NCBI GenBank assembly: GCA_013289145.1 | Contig: JABDAM010000006.1 | Coordinates: 1 to 58,518 of the forward strand | Direction: 5' to 3' | Source: Alphaproteobacteria bacterium | GTDB lineage: Bacteria > Pseudomonadota > Alphaproteobacteria > UBA11073 | DNA: 58,518 nucleotides | Shown here: positions 1 through 8,721 of the stretch, piece by piece | Position numbering within the stretch: position 1 is the stretch's first letter | Layout: every line of letters begins with the position of its first letter | Made by a program: the position numbers and the translations under genes | The notes under the pieces: generated by a model | Database searches by the model: none | Told to the model about the DNA's origin: nothing | The model's input: only the letters and a program-made list of their open reading frames with translations

Positions 1-97
1 CCCGGCTGCGCCCATAGCGCAACCCACCAGGTAGAGCTGCAAAGGTTCATAGAATTTTCTTAAATTTAGAGTATCATATGAAAGTAACGGAGGCGTT

Positions 98-802
98 ATG
101 ACTACAGAGAATTATTCCGTCGTTTATCATCAGGCTTTCCCCATCTTGAAAATCGACCTGCCGCCCAAAGGGGCGGTCAAGGCGAATGCCAGCGCGCTGG
201 TCGCGATGGACCGCAACGTGCAATTGACCGGCAAAATGGAAGGCGGCGTGCTCGGCGCGCTGTGGCGCAGTTTTTCGGGCGAAAGTTTTTTTCTCCAGCG
301 TTATGAAGCGAATGACAAGGGCGGCTGGGTCTGGCTGGGGCCGTCTTTGCCCGGCGCATTGCAACGCATCGACCTGGACGGCAAGGAAGATTACCTGGTC
401 CAGCGCGGCGGCTTCCTGGCGGGCGGACCGAATGTTGACGTCTCGACCAAGGTGCAAACCATCATGCGCGGCATGTTCAGCGGCGACGGCTTTTTCGTCG
501 TGCGATTGTCGGGCGTAGGCCCCGTATTTTTATCCTCCTTCGGCGGCATCGATACGGTTGAACTCGCCGAGGGCCAAAGCTGCGTGATCGATTTCTCCCG
601 CCTCGTCGCCTGGCCCGCGAGTATGAAATACAATATCACCATCCCCGCCAAAGGCCTGTGGAGCGCCGTCACCACCGGCCAAATCCTCGGCTGCCAATTC
701 ACCGGCCCGGGAAAAATTTACGTGCAAAGCATCTCCAGCATCCACTTCGCCAGCAGCGCCGCGCAAATGCTGTCGCCGTTTTTTGTGGCGAGTAAAAACT
801 GA
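98..802 (+). CDS. AIM24 family protein (TIGR00266/DUF124-like)
   Basis: 234-aa ORF with the SD-like ACGGAGG just upstream of the ATG. The pattern of Gly-rich beta segments (GGFLAGGPNVDV, GDGFFVVRLSGVGPVFLSSFGGI) matches what I recall of the AIM24/DUF124 family. Confidence 0.6.
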   Translation: MTTENYSVVYHQAFPILKIDLPPKGAVKANASALVAMDRNVQLTGKMEGGVLGALWRSFSGESFFLQRYEANDKGGWVWLGPSLPGALQRIDLDGKEDYLVQRGGFLAGGPNVDVSTKVQTIMRGMFSGDGFFVVRLSGVGPVFLSSFGGIDTVELAEGQSCVIDFSRLVAWPASMKYNITIPAKGLWSAVTTGQILGCQFTGPGKIYVQSISSIHFASSAAQMLSPFFVASKN

Positions 803-833
803 CCGTCATCCCGGCGAAGGCCGGGACCCAGAC
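803..833. repeat. Rep-C GC hairpin element, left copy (CCGTCATCCCGGCGAAGGCCGGGACCCAGAC)
   Basis: Contains the self-complementary core TCCCGGC-GAAG-GCCGGGA. It is the reverse complement of 1543..1573 with 1 mismatch in 31 nt. Confidence 0.85.
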
Positions 834-841
834 TTTAATTC

Positions 842-1462
842 TTATCCATGAATAAGTGCAGAAGGTGGTGGGGTATTATCTAGGCCTCGTGATATTTCTT
901 TATTCGGTCCTTTTTGTGTTATTAATAATCTATCTAGGCTCTGATTTATCACGGCAGGGCGAAGTAATATTACGCCCCCATTTTTAACGTCTTTAAGAAA
1001 TACTCCAGCCCCTTCTGAATCAATGGCAGTTCCAAGCACGCTCCAAGTCCTTTTGGTTTTAAGCTCTAAGCTTGTAGTTTCAACTATATCTCCAGCACCA
1101 ATTTTAAAGCCTTTGCTATCAAGGACTACAGTATTATCGTCCATTGGTTTTTCTGATCTCAAATTCTGTTGTTTAATTTGCGCTTGCGCACCTTCATTTA
1201 AAACACGCAATTCATCAGGATCAACACCTTCAGCGCGCATATCATCTTCTGAAACAACCTGAACTTTCAATAAATCAAAATCATTACGAGGCAACACTTT
1301 AACTCCGCCATCAGTGGAATAAGTGATAAGGGAAGCATCTGTGAGCTGATTTAGGACTATATGATGATTAACTTCGCCAGGAATATAGCTACTATTATTA
1401 TCGGGGTTTTGAGTACGTACAAACTGTCCAATTTCAATTTGGGTGCCGACTATATCTTTCAT
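842..1462 (-). CDS. hypothetical protein (AT-rich orphan)
   Basis: 206-aa ORF that is clearly AT-richer than its neighbours. No family recognised. It is bracketed by the inverted 31-nt Rep-C copies. Confidence 0.5.
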   Translation of the reverse strand: MKDIVGTQIEIGQFVRTQNPDNNSSYIPGEVNHHIVLNQLTDASLITYSTDGGVKVLPRNDFDLLKVQVVSEDDMRAEGVDPDELRVLNEGAQAQIKQQNLRSEKPMDDNTVVLDSKGFKIGAGDIVETTSLELKTKRTWSVLGTAIDSEGAGVFLKDVKNGGVILLRPAVINQSLDRLLITQKGPNKEISRGLDNTPPPSALIHG

Positions 1463-1542
1463 GGTCTTTCTCCTGCTCGATCATACTAACAAGAAATTAT
1501 TAAAATTCTGTGATAATTGCAAAGTATTTGATGCAAAATAAA

Positions 1543-1573
1543 GTCTGGATCCCGGCCTTCGCCGGGATGACGG
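1543..1573. repeat. Rep-C GC hairpin element, right copy (inverted)
   Basis: GTCTGGATCCCGGCCTTCGCCGGGATGACGG is the reverse complement of 803..833 with one mismatch. Confidence 0.85.
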
Positions 1574-1627
1574 TGAAGATCAAGGCATCAATAAAATCAT
1601 CGCGCGATCACCCGAAAGAATTCGCGA

Positions 1628-2560
1628 TCACATCTGCAAAACGTCTTTCGGGCCCCGCCGGTCCCGCCCAGGGCTTTGCCGGTATTGCTGCGACGGCGGA
1701 AGCCTATGCATCAATTTCGCGTCCATGTGCTGCAGGTAGGACAAACCGTATTCGCCGTTTTCCAGACCGTCATATAAATGTTGCGGCAAATCGATTGCCA
1801 TGGCCGGATCGCGCGAGGCGATCACCATGGCAATCGCGCAAACGGTATCGGCATCGATCTGGCGCCCCTGATTGACCGCCGCCACGAGCACGCCGGATAA
1901 GCTATCCGCCTGCATCACCGCATTCAGCGCTTGCTTAACGATGGTCAGGCCGTTGCCCATATCGGCAGCTTCTTCATTTGTTTGCCGCTGCCAGTCCGCG
2001 CCCAGATGATGCACGATAAAATCCGCCATATCGCTTTTGTGTCCGCCGTGATGAAGAAAATGCACGGCCAGCGCCATCGCCAAAGCTGACGTTGCGCCGG
2101 TTCGGGTGTCGTGCGTAATACGCCCTTGAAGTTCGGCCAGATATTTTACTTCCGCCACGTCGGACAACAAACCGATCGGCGCGACACGCATCGCAGCGCC
2201 GCTGGTGGTGCCGCGAGCAGCGTCGACCGAGCCACAAAAATCTTCAACACTTTTGGATGACCGAAGGGAGCGATACATATATCTGCCATAACCGACGCGC
2301 GGATCCCGGTGGAAAGCCGAGAGCCAGGCACGGATGAAATCATCTGGTTGCAGATTGGACGGCGCATCGGCTGCCAATAACAGCTCGGCATGAGCAAGTG
2401 ACATTTGCGTATCATCGGTATATTTGCCTGCCTGATATTCAGCAAATTTCGGATGCGGACCGTAAAACAGATCTTCAAGCGTCACGGGATCATGCTCAAC
2501 AAATTCAAGGCGCATTGCGACCGCGTCGCCGATGGCCATCACGGCTAGAAAATCTTTCAT
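1628..2560 (-). CDS. ADP-ribosylglycohydrolase family protein (DraG/ARH-like)
   Basis: 310 aa. N-terminal AIGDAVAMRLEF, the YTDDTQMSL motif and C-terminal DADTVCAIAMVIAS match the metal-binding signatures of the ADP-ribosylglycohydrolase family. Confidence 0.8.
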   Translation of the reverse strand: MKDFLAVMAIGDAVAMRLEFVEHDPVTLEDLFYGPHPKFAEYQAGKYTDDTQMSLAHAELLLAADAPSNLQPDDFIRAWLSAFHRDPRVGYGRYMYRSLRSSKSVEDFCGSVDAARGTTSGAAMRVAPIGLLSDVAEVKYLAELQGRITHDTRTGATSALAMALAVHFLHHGGHKSDMADFIVHHLGADWQRQTNEEAADMGNGLTIVKQALNAVMQADSLSGVLVAAVNQGRQIDADTVCAIAMVIASRDPAMAIDLPQHLYDGLENGEYGLSYLQHMDAKLMHRLPPSQQYRQSPGRDRRGPKDVLQM

Positions 2561-2620
2561 ATATTCTCCTGGGTTATACGGCCCTTATACCCTTTTGGGC
2601 CTATCCCAAGCAATGTTTTT

Positions 2621-3139
2621 CTATGGCATCAACAAAATCGAGGTGCCTTTATCCACATGTTCCCAGACGTTTTCCATCTGGTCGTCCGTCAGGGCGATAC
2701 AGCCGTTGGTCCAGTCGTGTTTCGGGTGGTCCATTTGCGCGGCGGTGCGGTCATTGGGGAGGCCGTGGATCATGATGTCGCCGCCGGGGCGCGCGTGATG
2801 CGACAGCGCCGCCGCCATATCCGCTGAATTCGGATAATCGATTTTCAAAGACTTATAATAGCGGCTGTTTTGGTTGCGGCCGATGATGGTGTAAATCCCC
2901 TCGGGCGTTTTGCCGTCGCCTTCGTGTTCCTTTTGCCCCTTGGGATTAAAGCCCAGCGCGATGGGATATTTCGCGATCATCGCGCCGTTGGACCATAATT
3001 CCAAAATATGGTCCGATTTGCGCACGACGATCAGATCCGCTTTTTGTTCCTGCGCACAGGCGGCGACGGGCAAAATCAAAGCGCATAACAGAATCCACAC
3101 TGGCGTAAAGCGCCGAAGCTGATTAAAACATGGCATCAT
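2621..3139 (-). CDS. L,D-transpeptidase (YkuD domain), secreted or lipoprotein
   Basis: I use the internal start MMPCFNQ at 3139. It gives a signal peptide ending LPVAAC and a YkuD core (GDGKTPEGIYTI ... IMIHG ... TNGCIAL). The longer track ORF (to 3448) overlaps the divergent gene. Confidence 0.8.
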   Translation of the reverse strand: MMPCFNQLRRFTPVWILLCALILPVAACAQEQKADLIVVRKSDHILELWSNGAMIAKYPIALGFNPKGQKEHEGDGKTPEGIYTIIGRNQNSRYYKSLKIDYPNSADMAAALSHHARPGGDIMIHGLPNDRTAAQMDHPKHDWTNGCIALTDDQMENVWEHVDKGTSILLMP

Positions 3140-4058
3140 GACTGACAAACTAATCCGATTCGCAATTCTGGTTTCCGTCTTTTTATACATAGGGGCCGCC
3201 CGCGCCGGGGACAATACAGTCGTCCGGCAGAGCGACCAGATCACCGGCACCGACCGCATTTTCACCGCCAGCGGCGACGACAATACCATGGCGAATATCG
3301 GCGAGACGACGGACACAGGTTTTGTCGCCCTGCGCGCCGCCAATCCCGATATCAATCCCTGGGCCATCGACAGCGGCAGTGACGTGATCTTGCCCGGCGC
3401 GGTGATTATTCCCGGCAACATTCCGCACAACGGCATCGTGATTAACATCGGCGAAATGCGCCTTTACGATTTCACGCAAAGCGCCACCACACCCAATGTT
3501 TACACCATCGGCATCGGGCGGGACGGCCTGACCACACCCATCGGCAATTATCATATCGGGCGGAAAACCGCGAACCCCACCTGGTATCCCACGCCGCGCA
3601 TGCTGGCCGAAGACCCGACGTTAAAACCCGTCGTGCCGCCGGGGCCGGACAATCCGCTGGGCAAATACGCGATGTATCTGGAAGGCACGCAGTACCGCAT
3701 GCACGGCACCGATAAACCCTGGAGCCTCGGCCGCCGCGCTTCGTCCGGCTGCATCCGCCTTTATGCGCCGCAGATTGACGCGCTGTTTCACCACGCCTCG
3801 GTCGGCACGCAGGTTCACATTATTTCCCAGCCCGTCAAAGCCGCCGTGAAAGACGGCGCGGTCTATCTGGAAGCCCACCCCGATGAAGACATGGCCGACG
3901 CCTATGAATACGATTACGCCATGGATTTCAAAGTCCCGCCGGGCACGATGAAAATGATCCTCAGCACTGCGGGCGATTTGCGCAGCAAACTCGACTGGGC
4001 GAAAATCCGCAATGTCCTGCTGCTGCGGCCTGGGTATCCGGTGCGGGTGTCGTCATGA
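3138..4058 (+). CDS. L,D-transpeptidase (ErfK/YbiS/YcfS/YnhG family) with N-terminal LysM-like region
   Basis: 306 aa with a signal peptide. YkuD catalytic signature YRMHGTDKPWSLGRRASSGCIRL. Confidence 0.8.
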   Translation: MTDKLIRFAILVSVFLYIGAARAGDNTVVRQSDQITGTDRIFTASGDDNTMANIGETTDTGFVALRAANPDINPWAIDSGSDVILPGAVIIPGNIPHNGIVINIGEMRLYDFTQSATTPNVYTIGIGRDGLTTPIGNYHIGRKTANPTWYPTPRMLAEDPTLKPVVPPGPDNPLGKYAMYLEGTQYRMHGTDKPWSLGRRASSGCIRLYAPQIDALFHHASVGTQVHIISQPVKAAVKDGAVYLEAHPDEDMADAYEYDYAMDFKVPPGTMKMILSTAGDLRSKLDWAKIRNVLLLRPGYPVRVSS

Positions 4059-4429
4059 GCGCAAATGAGCGTTATGACCGCGGCGTGGCTTTGCTGAAAT
4101 CGAAACGCCCGGACGAATATGATAATTTGACGCAAAGTCTGGCCGCCGCCGCGCCCGATGCGGCGAAATATGTGATTGAATTTGCCTATGGCGATATCTG
4201 GTCGCGCCCGGGCATGGATTTGAAAACCAAAGCGCTAGTGACGATTTCATGCCTGGCATCCATCGGCGGCGCCGAACCGCAATTAAAATCCCACATTGGC
4301 GGAGCGTTAAAATGCGGTTGCACAGAGATAGAAATTATTGAAACCTTTTATCAGATTATCCCCTATGCAGGCTTGCCGCGTGCGCTAAATGCCATCAAAT
4401 GTGCGAATGATGTTTTCGCATCAACCTGA
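4055..4429 (+). CDS. carboxymuconolactone decarboxylase (CMD) family protein
   Basis: 124 aa. FAYGDIWSRPGLD..KT..L..I..L and the following helices are typical of the CMD/PcaC-like family. The start overlaps the upstream stop by 4 nt. Confidence 0.7.
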   Translation: MSANERYDRGVALLKSKRPDEYDNLTQSLAAAAPDAAKYVIEFAYGDIWSRPGMDLKTKALVTISCLASIGGAEPQLKSHIGGALKCGCTEIEIIETFYQIIPYAGLPRALNAIKCANDVFAST

Positions 4430-4435
4430 TCGCAA

Positions 4436-5227
4436 ATGAAACCCACGCCCTTTTATCTTATTGATGCTTTTACCGATCGGATATTTGGCGGAAATCCTGC
4501 GGCGGTTTGTCCGCTGGAAGCATGGCTGCCCGATGACATTCTAAAGTCCATGGCGATTGAACATAATCAATCTGAAACGGTTTTCTTCGTGCCAACGCCG
4601 AATGGTTTTGAAATTCGCTGGTTTACATCCTTGGGCGAAATTAATTTATGCGGCCATGCCACGCTGGCATCGGCGCATGTGATTTTTGATCATCTGAATT
4701 ACCCCAAAAACGAAATCCATTTCACCACGCGTTTTGTCGGTGATATTAGCGTCAAAAAAGACGGTGCGCGTCTGACGTTGAACTTTCCCGCCTGGATGCC
4801 GGAAGCATTGGCGGCAATCCCCGAGAACGCCATCGCCGGGCTAGGCGGCGCAATCCCGCAAAAATCCTACCTAAAGCGCGATTATTTGTTCGTCTTTGCA
4901 AACCAGGATGAGCTGGCCGCCATCCGGCCTGATTTTAAAGTGTTGCAACAACTCGGCAAAATGATTTGTATCACCGCACCCGGGACAGATTGCGATTTCG
5001 TCAGCCGTTTTTTCTGTCCGGGCGATGCAGTGGAAGAAGACCCCGTTACCGGCTCTGCGCATAGCATGCTGACGCCTTATTGGGCGCAGCGCCTAGGCAA
5101 ATCCAAATTATTCGCCCGTCAAATTTCAAAACGCGGCGGCGAATTGCATTGTGAATTGCAAGGCGACCGCGTTCTGATTAGCGGCCAGGCGAAAACTTAT
5201 TTATCCGGCACGGTTTATTTGCCCTGA
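4436..5227 (+). CDS. PhzF family isomerase
   Basis: 263 aa. FYLIDAFTDRIFGGNPAAV, NQSETVFF, FEIRWFT and EINLCGHATLA are classic PhzF-family motifs. Confidence 0.85.
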   Translation: MKPTPFYLIDAFTDRIFGGNPAAVCPLEAWLPDDILKSMAIEHNQSETVFFVPTPNGFEIRWFTSLGEINLCGHATLASAHVIFDHLNYPKNEIHFTTRFVGDISVKKDGARLTLNFPAWMPEALAAIPENAIAGLGGAIPQKSYLKRDYLFVFANQDELAAIRPDFKVLQQLGKMICITAPGTDCDFVSRFFCPGDAVEEDPVTGSAHSMLTPYWAQRLGKSKLFARQISKRGGELHCELQGDRVLISGQAKTYLSGTVYLP

Positions 5228-5247
5228 TTTCCCGGGTAAGAAATCGT

Positions 5248-6543
5248 ATGTCCCAAGCTTCGATTAAACCCATGCGAATTTTACTCCTCGGCTCCGGCGG
5301 GCGCGAGCATGCGCTGGCGGATGCGATTAAAACATCGCCGCTATGTGCGGAATTGCACTCGGCGCCCGGCAATGCGGGGATCGCGCAGATTGCGGCGTGC
5401 CATGATGTGAAGGCGGAGGATGTTTCCGCCGTCGTCGCGCTGGCGCAAAAATTGGAAATTGATTTTGTCGTTGTCGGACCGGAAACGCCGCTGGTCGCGG
5501 GCGTTGTGGATGCTTTGGCGGAGAAAAATATTCTCGCCTTCGGCCCCAAACAGGCCGCTGCGCAACTCGAAGGCAGTAAAGCATTTATGAAAGATGTCGT
5601 GGTCGCCGCAAAAATCCCCACCGCGACGCACGAAGTTTTCACGGACGCGGAATCCGCCAAAGCCAACATCCAAAAACGCGGCGCGCCGATTGTCATTAAA
5701 ACCGACGGCCTGGCGGCGGGCAAAGGCGTGACGGTTGCCATGTCCTTAGACGAAGCACGCAACGCCATAGATGAAGCCATGACGGATAAAGTCTTCGCCG
5801 AAGCGGGCGCGAAACTCGTCATCGAAGATTATATGGAAGGGCCGGAGGTTTCCGTTTTCGCCCTGTGCGACGGCGCCCGCGCGATTTGCCTGGGCGCGGC
5901 GCAAGATCACAAACGCGTCGGTGATGGTGATACGGGCCCGAATACCGGCGGCATGGGCGCTTATTCGCCGGTGCGCATTGCGACGCCGGAATTTTTACAG
6001 GATGTGATGACGCGCTTCATTGAACCCACGCTGACGGAAATGCAAAAACGCGGCGCACCATATAAAGGCATTTTATACGCGGGCCTGATGGTGACGGCGC
6101 AAGGCCCCAAACTGATCGAATACAACATCCGTTTCGGCGACCCGGAAACGCAAGTCGTCGTGCCGCGATTACAGACTGATTTGCTCGAACTCTTTTACCT
6201 CGCCGCGCAAGGCAAACTGAACGAAGCGCCGGAAATTAAATTCTCGAGCCACCACGCTTTATGCGTCGTTATGGCGGCGAAAGGTTATCCGGGCGCGGTG
6301 GAGAAGGGGAGTATTATTCACGGCCTCGAAAAAGCCGCGCAAGAAAATGTGAAAATTTATCACGCTGGCACGAAGTTAAATTCGCAAAACGAAGTGACGG
6401 CCAACGGCGGCCGCGTGCTTAACATCATTGGTTTCGGCGCGGATTTGAAAACCGCGCAAGCCACGGCCTATGATGCGACCAAGCAAATCGATTGGCCCCA
6501 GGGTTTCTACCGCCACGACATCGGCTGGAGAGAGTTGCAATAA
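5248..6543 (+). CDS. purD: phosphoribosylamine--glycine ligase
   Basis: 431 aa. ILLLGSGGREHAL, the ATP-grasp core (VIKTDGLAAGKGV, DHKRVGDGDTGPNTGGMGAYSP) and C-terminal ANGGRVLN. Confidence 0.95.
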   Translation: MSQASIKPMRILLLGSGGREHALADAIKTSPLCAELHSAPGNAGIAQIAACHDVKAEDVSAVVALAQKLEIDFVVVGPETPLVAGVVDALAEKNILAFGPKQAAAQLEGSKAFMKDVVVAAKIPTATHEVFTDAESAKANIQKRGAPIVIKTDGLAAGKGVTVAMSLDEARNAIDEAMTDKVFAEAGAKLVIEDYMEGPEVSVFALCDGARAICLGAAQDHKRVGDGDTGPNTGGMGAYSPVRIATPEFLQDVMTRFIEPTLTEMQKRGAPYKGILYAGLMVTAQGPKLIEYNIRFGDPETQVVVPRLQTDLLELFYLAAQGKLNEAPEIKFSSHHALCVVMAAKGYPGAVEKGSIIHGLEKAAQENVKIYHAGTKLNSQNEVTANGGRVLNIIGFGADLKTAQATAYDATKQIDWPQGFYRHDIGWRELQ

Positions 6544-6584
6544 CTCCTATTGCCACATGCGATTTGCCTTTGTATCTTTACGGC

Positions 6585-7166
6585 ATGAAACGCTTCCCGC
6601 TTCTTCTGCTTATCTTCTCCCTCTTTCTAACTGGAACGATTGTTATGCCAAAGAAAACAAAAGCCGCTGATCCGGCGCAAACAAGTGCGCCGACCCTGAC
6701 CGATCCCGCCAACACCGTCGTGATGACCTTGGCAGGCGGCGATGTTTACCTGCAATTGCGTCCGGATCTGGCGCCCAATCACGCGGCGCGGATCAAGGAA
6801 CTGGTGAACAGCGGCTTTTACAACGGCATTATCTTTCACCGCGTGATCGATGGTTTCATGGCGCAAACGGGCGACCCCACCGGCACCGGCATGGGCGGCA
6901 GCGGCAAAAAACTCAAGGCGGAATTCACGCCGGAACCCTTTGTGCGCGGCACCATAGGGATGGCGCGCGCCGCATCGCCTGACAGCGCGGACAGCCAGTT
7001 TTTCATCTGCTTTGCCCCCGCATCGTTTTTGAACGGCCAATATACCGTCATCGGCAAAGTCGTTTCCGGCATGGAATTGATCGATAAACTCCCGCGCGGC
7101 GAGCCGCCGGAAAATCCGGGTAAGATCATCGCCATGCACATGGCGGATGCGAAACCCTCAAAATAA
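6585..7166 (+). CDS. peptidyl-prolyl cis-trans isomerase, cyclophilin type, secreted
   Basis: I use the internal start MKRFPLLLLIFSL (signal peptide). Motifs FHRVIDGFMAQTGDPTGTGMGGSG and SADSQFFI are present. The track ORF start at 6492 overlaps the end of purD. Confidence 0.85.
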   Translation: MKRFPLLLLIFSLFLTGTIVMPKKTKAADPAQTSAPTLTDPANTVVMTLAGGDVYLQLRPDLAPNHAARIKELVNSGFYNGIIFHRVIDGFMAQTGDPTGTGMGGSGKKLKAEFTPEPFVRGTIGMARAASPDSADSQFFICFAPASFLNGQYTVIGKVVSGMELIDKLPRGEPPENPGKIIAMHMADAKPSK

Positions 7167-7366
7167 AATTAGGGCCGAAAAAATAGTTGATTAAAGTTAG
7201 ATAAATTTTTATCTCTTAGGAATCTGTTAAGAGCCTTATGTTGTTATAGAAGGGTATTTTAGTGGATTGCTTTTGACTAGAATGCCTTTAAAATCCAATA
7301 GATTGGATTCGAGGCTTTTTTTGCTGCCTCAATCATGCCAAACGCTGTTTTAACGGAGGAAACACA

Positions 7367-7978
7367 ATGCAGCTTCGCAACCAAAAGGGTTTTACCCTAA
7401 TTGAAATCGCGATCGTTTTAACGATCGTGGGCCTTGTTATCGGGGGGATCTGGCTTGCCGCATCTACGGTGATCAATAACAACAAACGCCAAACCCTGAA
7501 TGCCAATATCGTTCAGGTTGTTCAGAACGTTAAAAGCCTTTTTGCCGGCCAGGGTTCTGGCGCGGTAACGACTGGTTTCACCCAGGCAAACGGGGTTAAC
7601 GCAGGGATTTTCCCGCCTGCGATGCTGGATGCGAACGGAAATCCTCCGGGTGTTGTCACGCCGTTTGACGCTTCCAACCCTGCGACAGGTAAAGACAGCG
7701 TAACCATCGCGGCATCCGGTGCGAACGGCATTAAATTGGTTGTCGGCGCGAACGCCGGTCTTATTACAACAGATTCTTGCACGTCTCTGCTAACAACGTT
7801 GGGAAGCCAGCAAAATATCAGCAAGCTTGGCATTACGTCTTTGGCGGGTACGGCGGGTACGGACCTCAGCGCGGGCGGTACGGCGCAGGTAACTGCTGCT
7901 GCTGCTGCGAGCGCTTGCACGACAGCGGGAAGCGGTACAGTGGGTAACTCCGTTACGGTTATCTTCAGCGCAACCTAA
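7367..7978 (+). CDS. prepilin-type N-terminal cleavage/methylation domain protein (type IVb-like pilin, paralog 1)
   Basis: MQLRNQKG|FTLIEIAIVLTIVGLVIGGIW: Gly-Phe cleavage motif, Glu at +5 and a hydrophobic helix. The C-terminal half has a Cys pair (TDSCTSLL ... ASACTT). An SD (GGAGGA) lies upstream and a terminator downstream. Confidence 0.8.
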   Translation: MQLRNQKGFTLIEIAIVLTIVGLVIGGIWLAASTVINNNKRQTLNANIVQVVQNVKSLFAGQGSGAVTTGFTQANGVNAGIFPPAMLDANGNPPGVVTPFDASNPATGKDSVTIAASGANGIKLVVGANAGLITTDSCTSLLTTLGSQQNISKLGITSLAGTAGTDLSAGGTAQVTAAAAASACTTAGSGTVGNSVTVIFSAT

Positions 7979-8000
7979 TTAACCCTGTAATTCATTTGAA

Positions 8001-8032
8001 AACCCCGGCGGCCATGCTGCCGGGGTTTTTCT
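8001..8032 (+). terminator. rho-independent terminator after pilin paralog 1
   Basis: Stem CCCCGGC (8003..8009) pairs with GCCGGGG (8019..8025), followed by TTTTTC. Confidence 0.75.
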
Positions 8033-8105
8033 TTGCCCCAGTCTTCATAATGTCTTCATAATAGCGTAAATTTTATATGTTACGATTCAGCCAGGACGGT
8101 TTCGA

Positions 8106-8714
8106 ATGTTTTCATCTTTAACATCTAAACTGCGTGGCCTAGGCCGCTCAATTTCAGGTTTTACCCTGCTGGAGGCCACAATCGTTCTGGCGATTTTGGG
8201 AATTGTCGTCGCCGGAATTTGGATCGCGAGCGCCGGCGCCATCAATGCGCAAAAGAAAAAACGCCTTGCTGAGGACGTGCTGACCACCGTCGCCAATATT
8301 CGCGACTATGTCAAAAATATTGATATCCCGGCGGGAAAGTCGCTCACGACCGCGGATATCCAAAACCTGGGATTGTTTCCGGCGGATGTCGTGCGTAACG
8401 GCGTCACCATAAATCCCTACAGCGGAATTTTTCAGGCAACCGCCGATAATAATCAAATCGTCATCATTGTGAATGGGCTGACCACTGACGCTTGCGTGGA
8501 TTTGCTTTACAATCACTTCGGCGGCTCAAGCAATGTCACGACCGGCAGCGCGACCACCGGCAACCAACCGCAAGACATCGGTTTTCTGGGCTATAGCACG
8601 GGCGCGGCATTTCCGCCGCAAAATACCAGCGTGACTTTTACCGCCATAACAACCGCCTGTAATGCGCCGCAGGGATCTGCACTGCCGACCTTCTATCTTT
8701 CGTTCAGCCCCTAG
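8106..8714 (+). CDS. prepilin-type N-terminal cleavage/methylation domain protein (type IVb-like pilin, paralog 2)
   Basis: 18-residue leader followed by G|FTLLEATIVLAILGIVVAGIW. Cys pair TDACVDLL ... TTACNAP. Confidence 0.75.
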   Translation: MFSSLTSKLRGLGRSISGFTLLEATIVLAILGIVVAGIWIASAGAINAQKKKRLAEDVLTTVANIRDYVKNIDIPAGKSLTTADIQNLGLFPADVVRNGVTINPYSGIFQATADNNQIVIIVNGLTTDACVDLLYNHFGGSSNVTTGSATTGNQPQDIGFLGYSTGAAFPPQNTSVTFTAITTACNAPQGSALPTFYLSFSP

Positions 8715-8721
8715 GCCATAA

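Noticed and set aside
1-50. Possible 5' end of a minus-strand gene at the left edge (ATG complement at 48..50, reading MNLCSSTWWVALWAQP)
   Set aside because: Only 16 codons are visible, there is no SD, and I cannot recognise a family. It is not reportable.
2621-3448. Full-length 275-aa version of the minus-strand L,D-transpeptidase ORF
   Set aside because: The first 103 residues overlap the divergent transpeptidase gene and look non-protein-like. The internal MMPCFNQ start gives a proper signal or lipoprotein peptide.
5178-5822. Long antisense ORFs inside well-supported genes. Examples: 5178..5822 in purD, 14342..15064 in holA, 21008..21733 in parB, 40790..41308, 46291..46884 in dnaN, 53636..54355 and 57025..57606 in the Wza-like gene
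   Set aside because: These are typical shadow ORFs of GC-rich coding regions (Arg/Ala/Gly-rich). Each lies opposite a gene with strong family signatures.
7167-7366. Sigma-54 promoter (TGGCAC-N5-TTGC) upstream of pilin paralog 1
   Set aside because: The nearest GG/GC pairs (TGGATTCGAGGC ... TTTGC) do not have the required 12-nt register. I note only an AT-rich upstream region with a small hairpin (AATCCAAT-AGA-TTGGATT).
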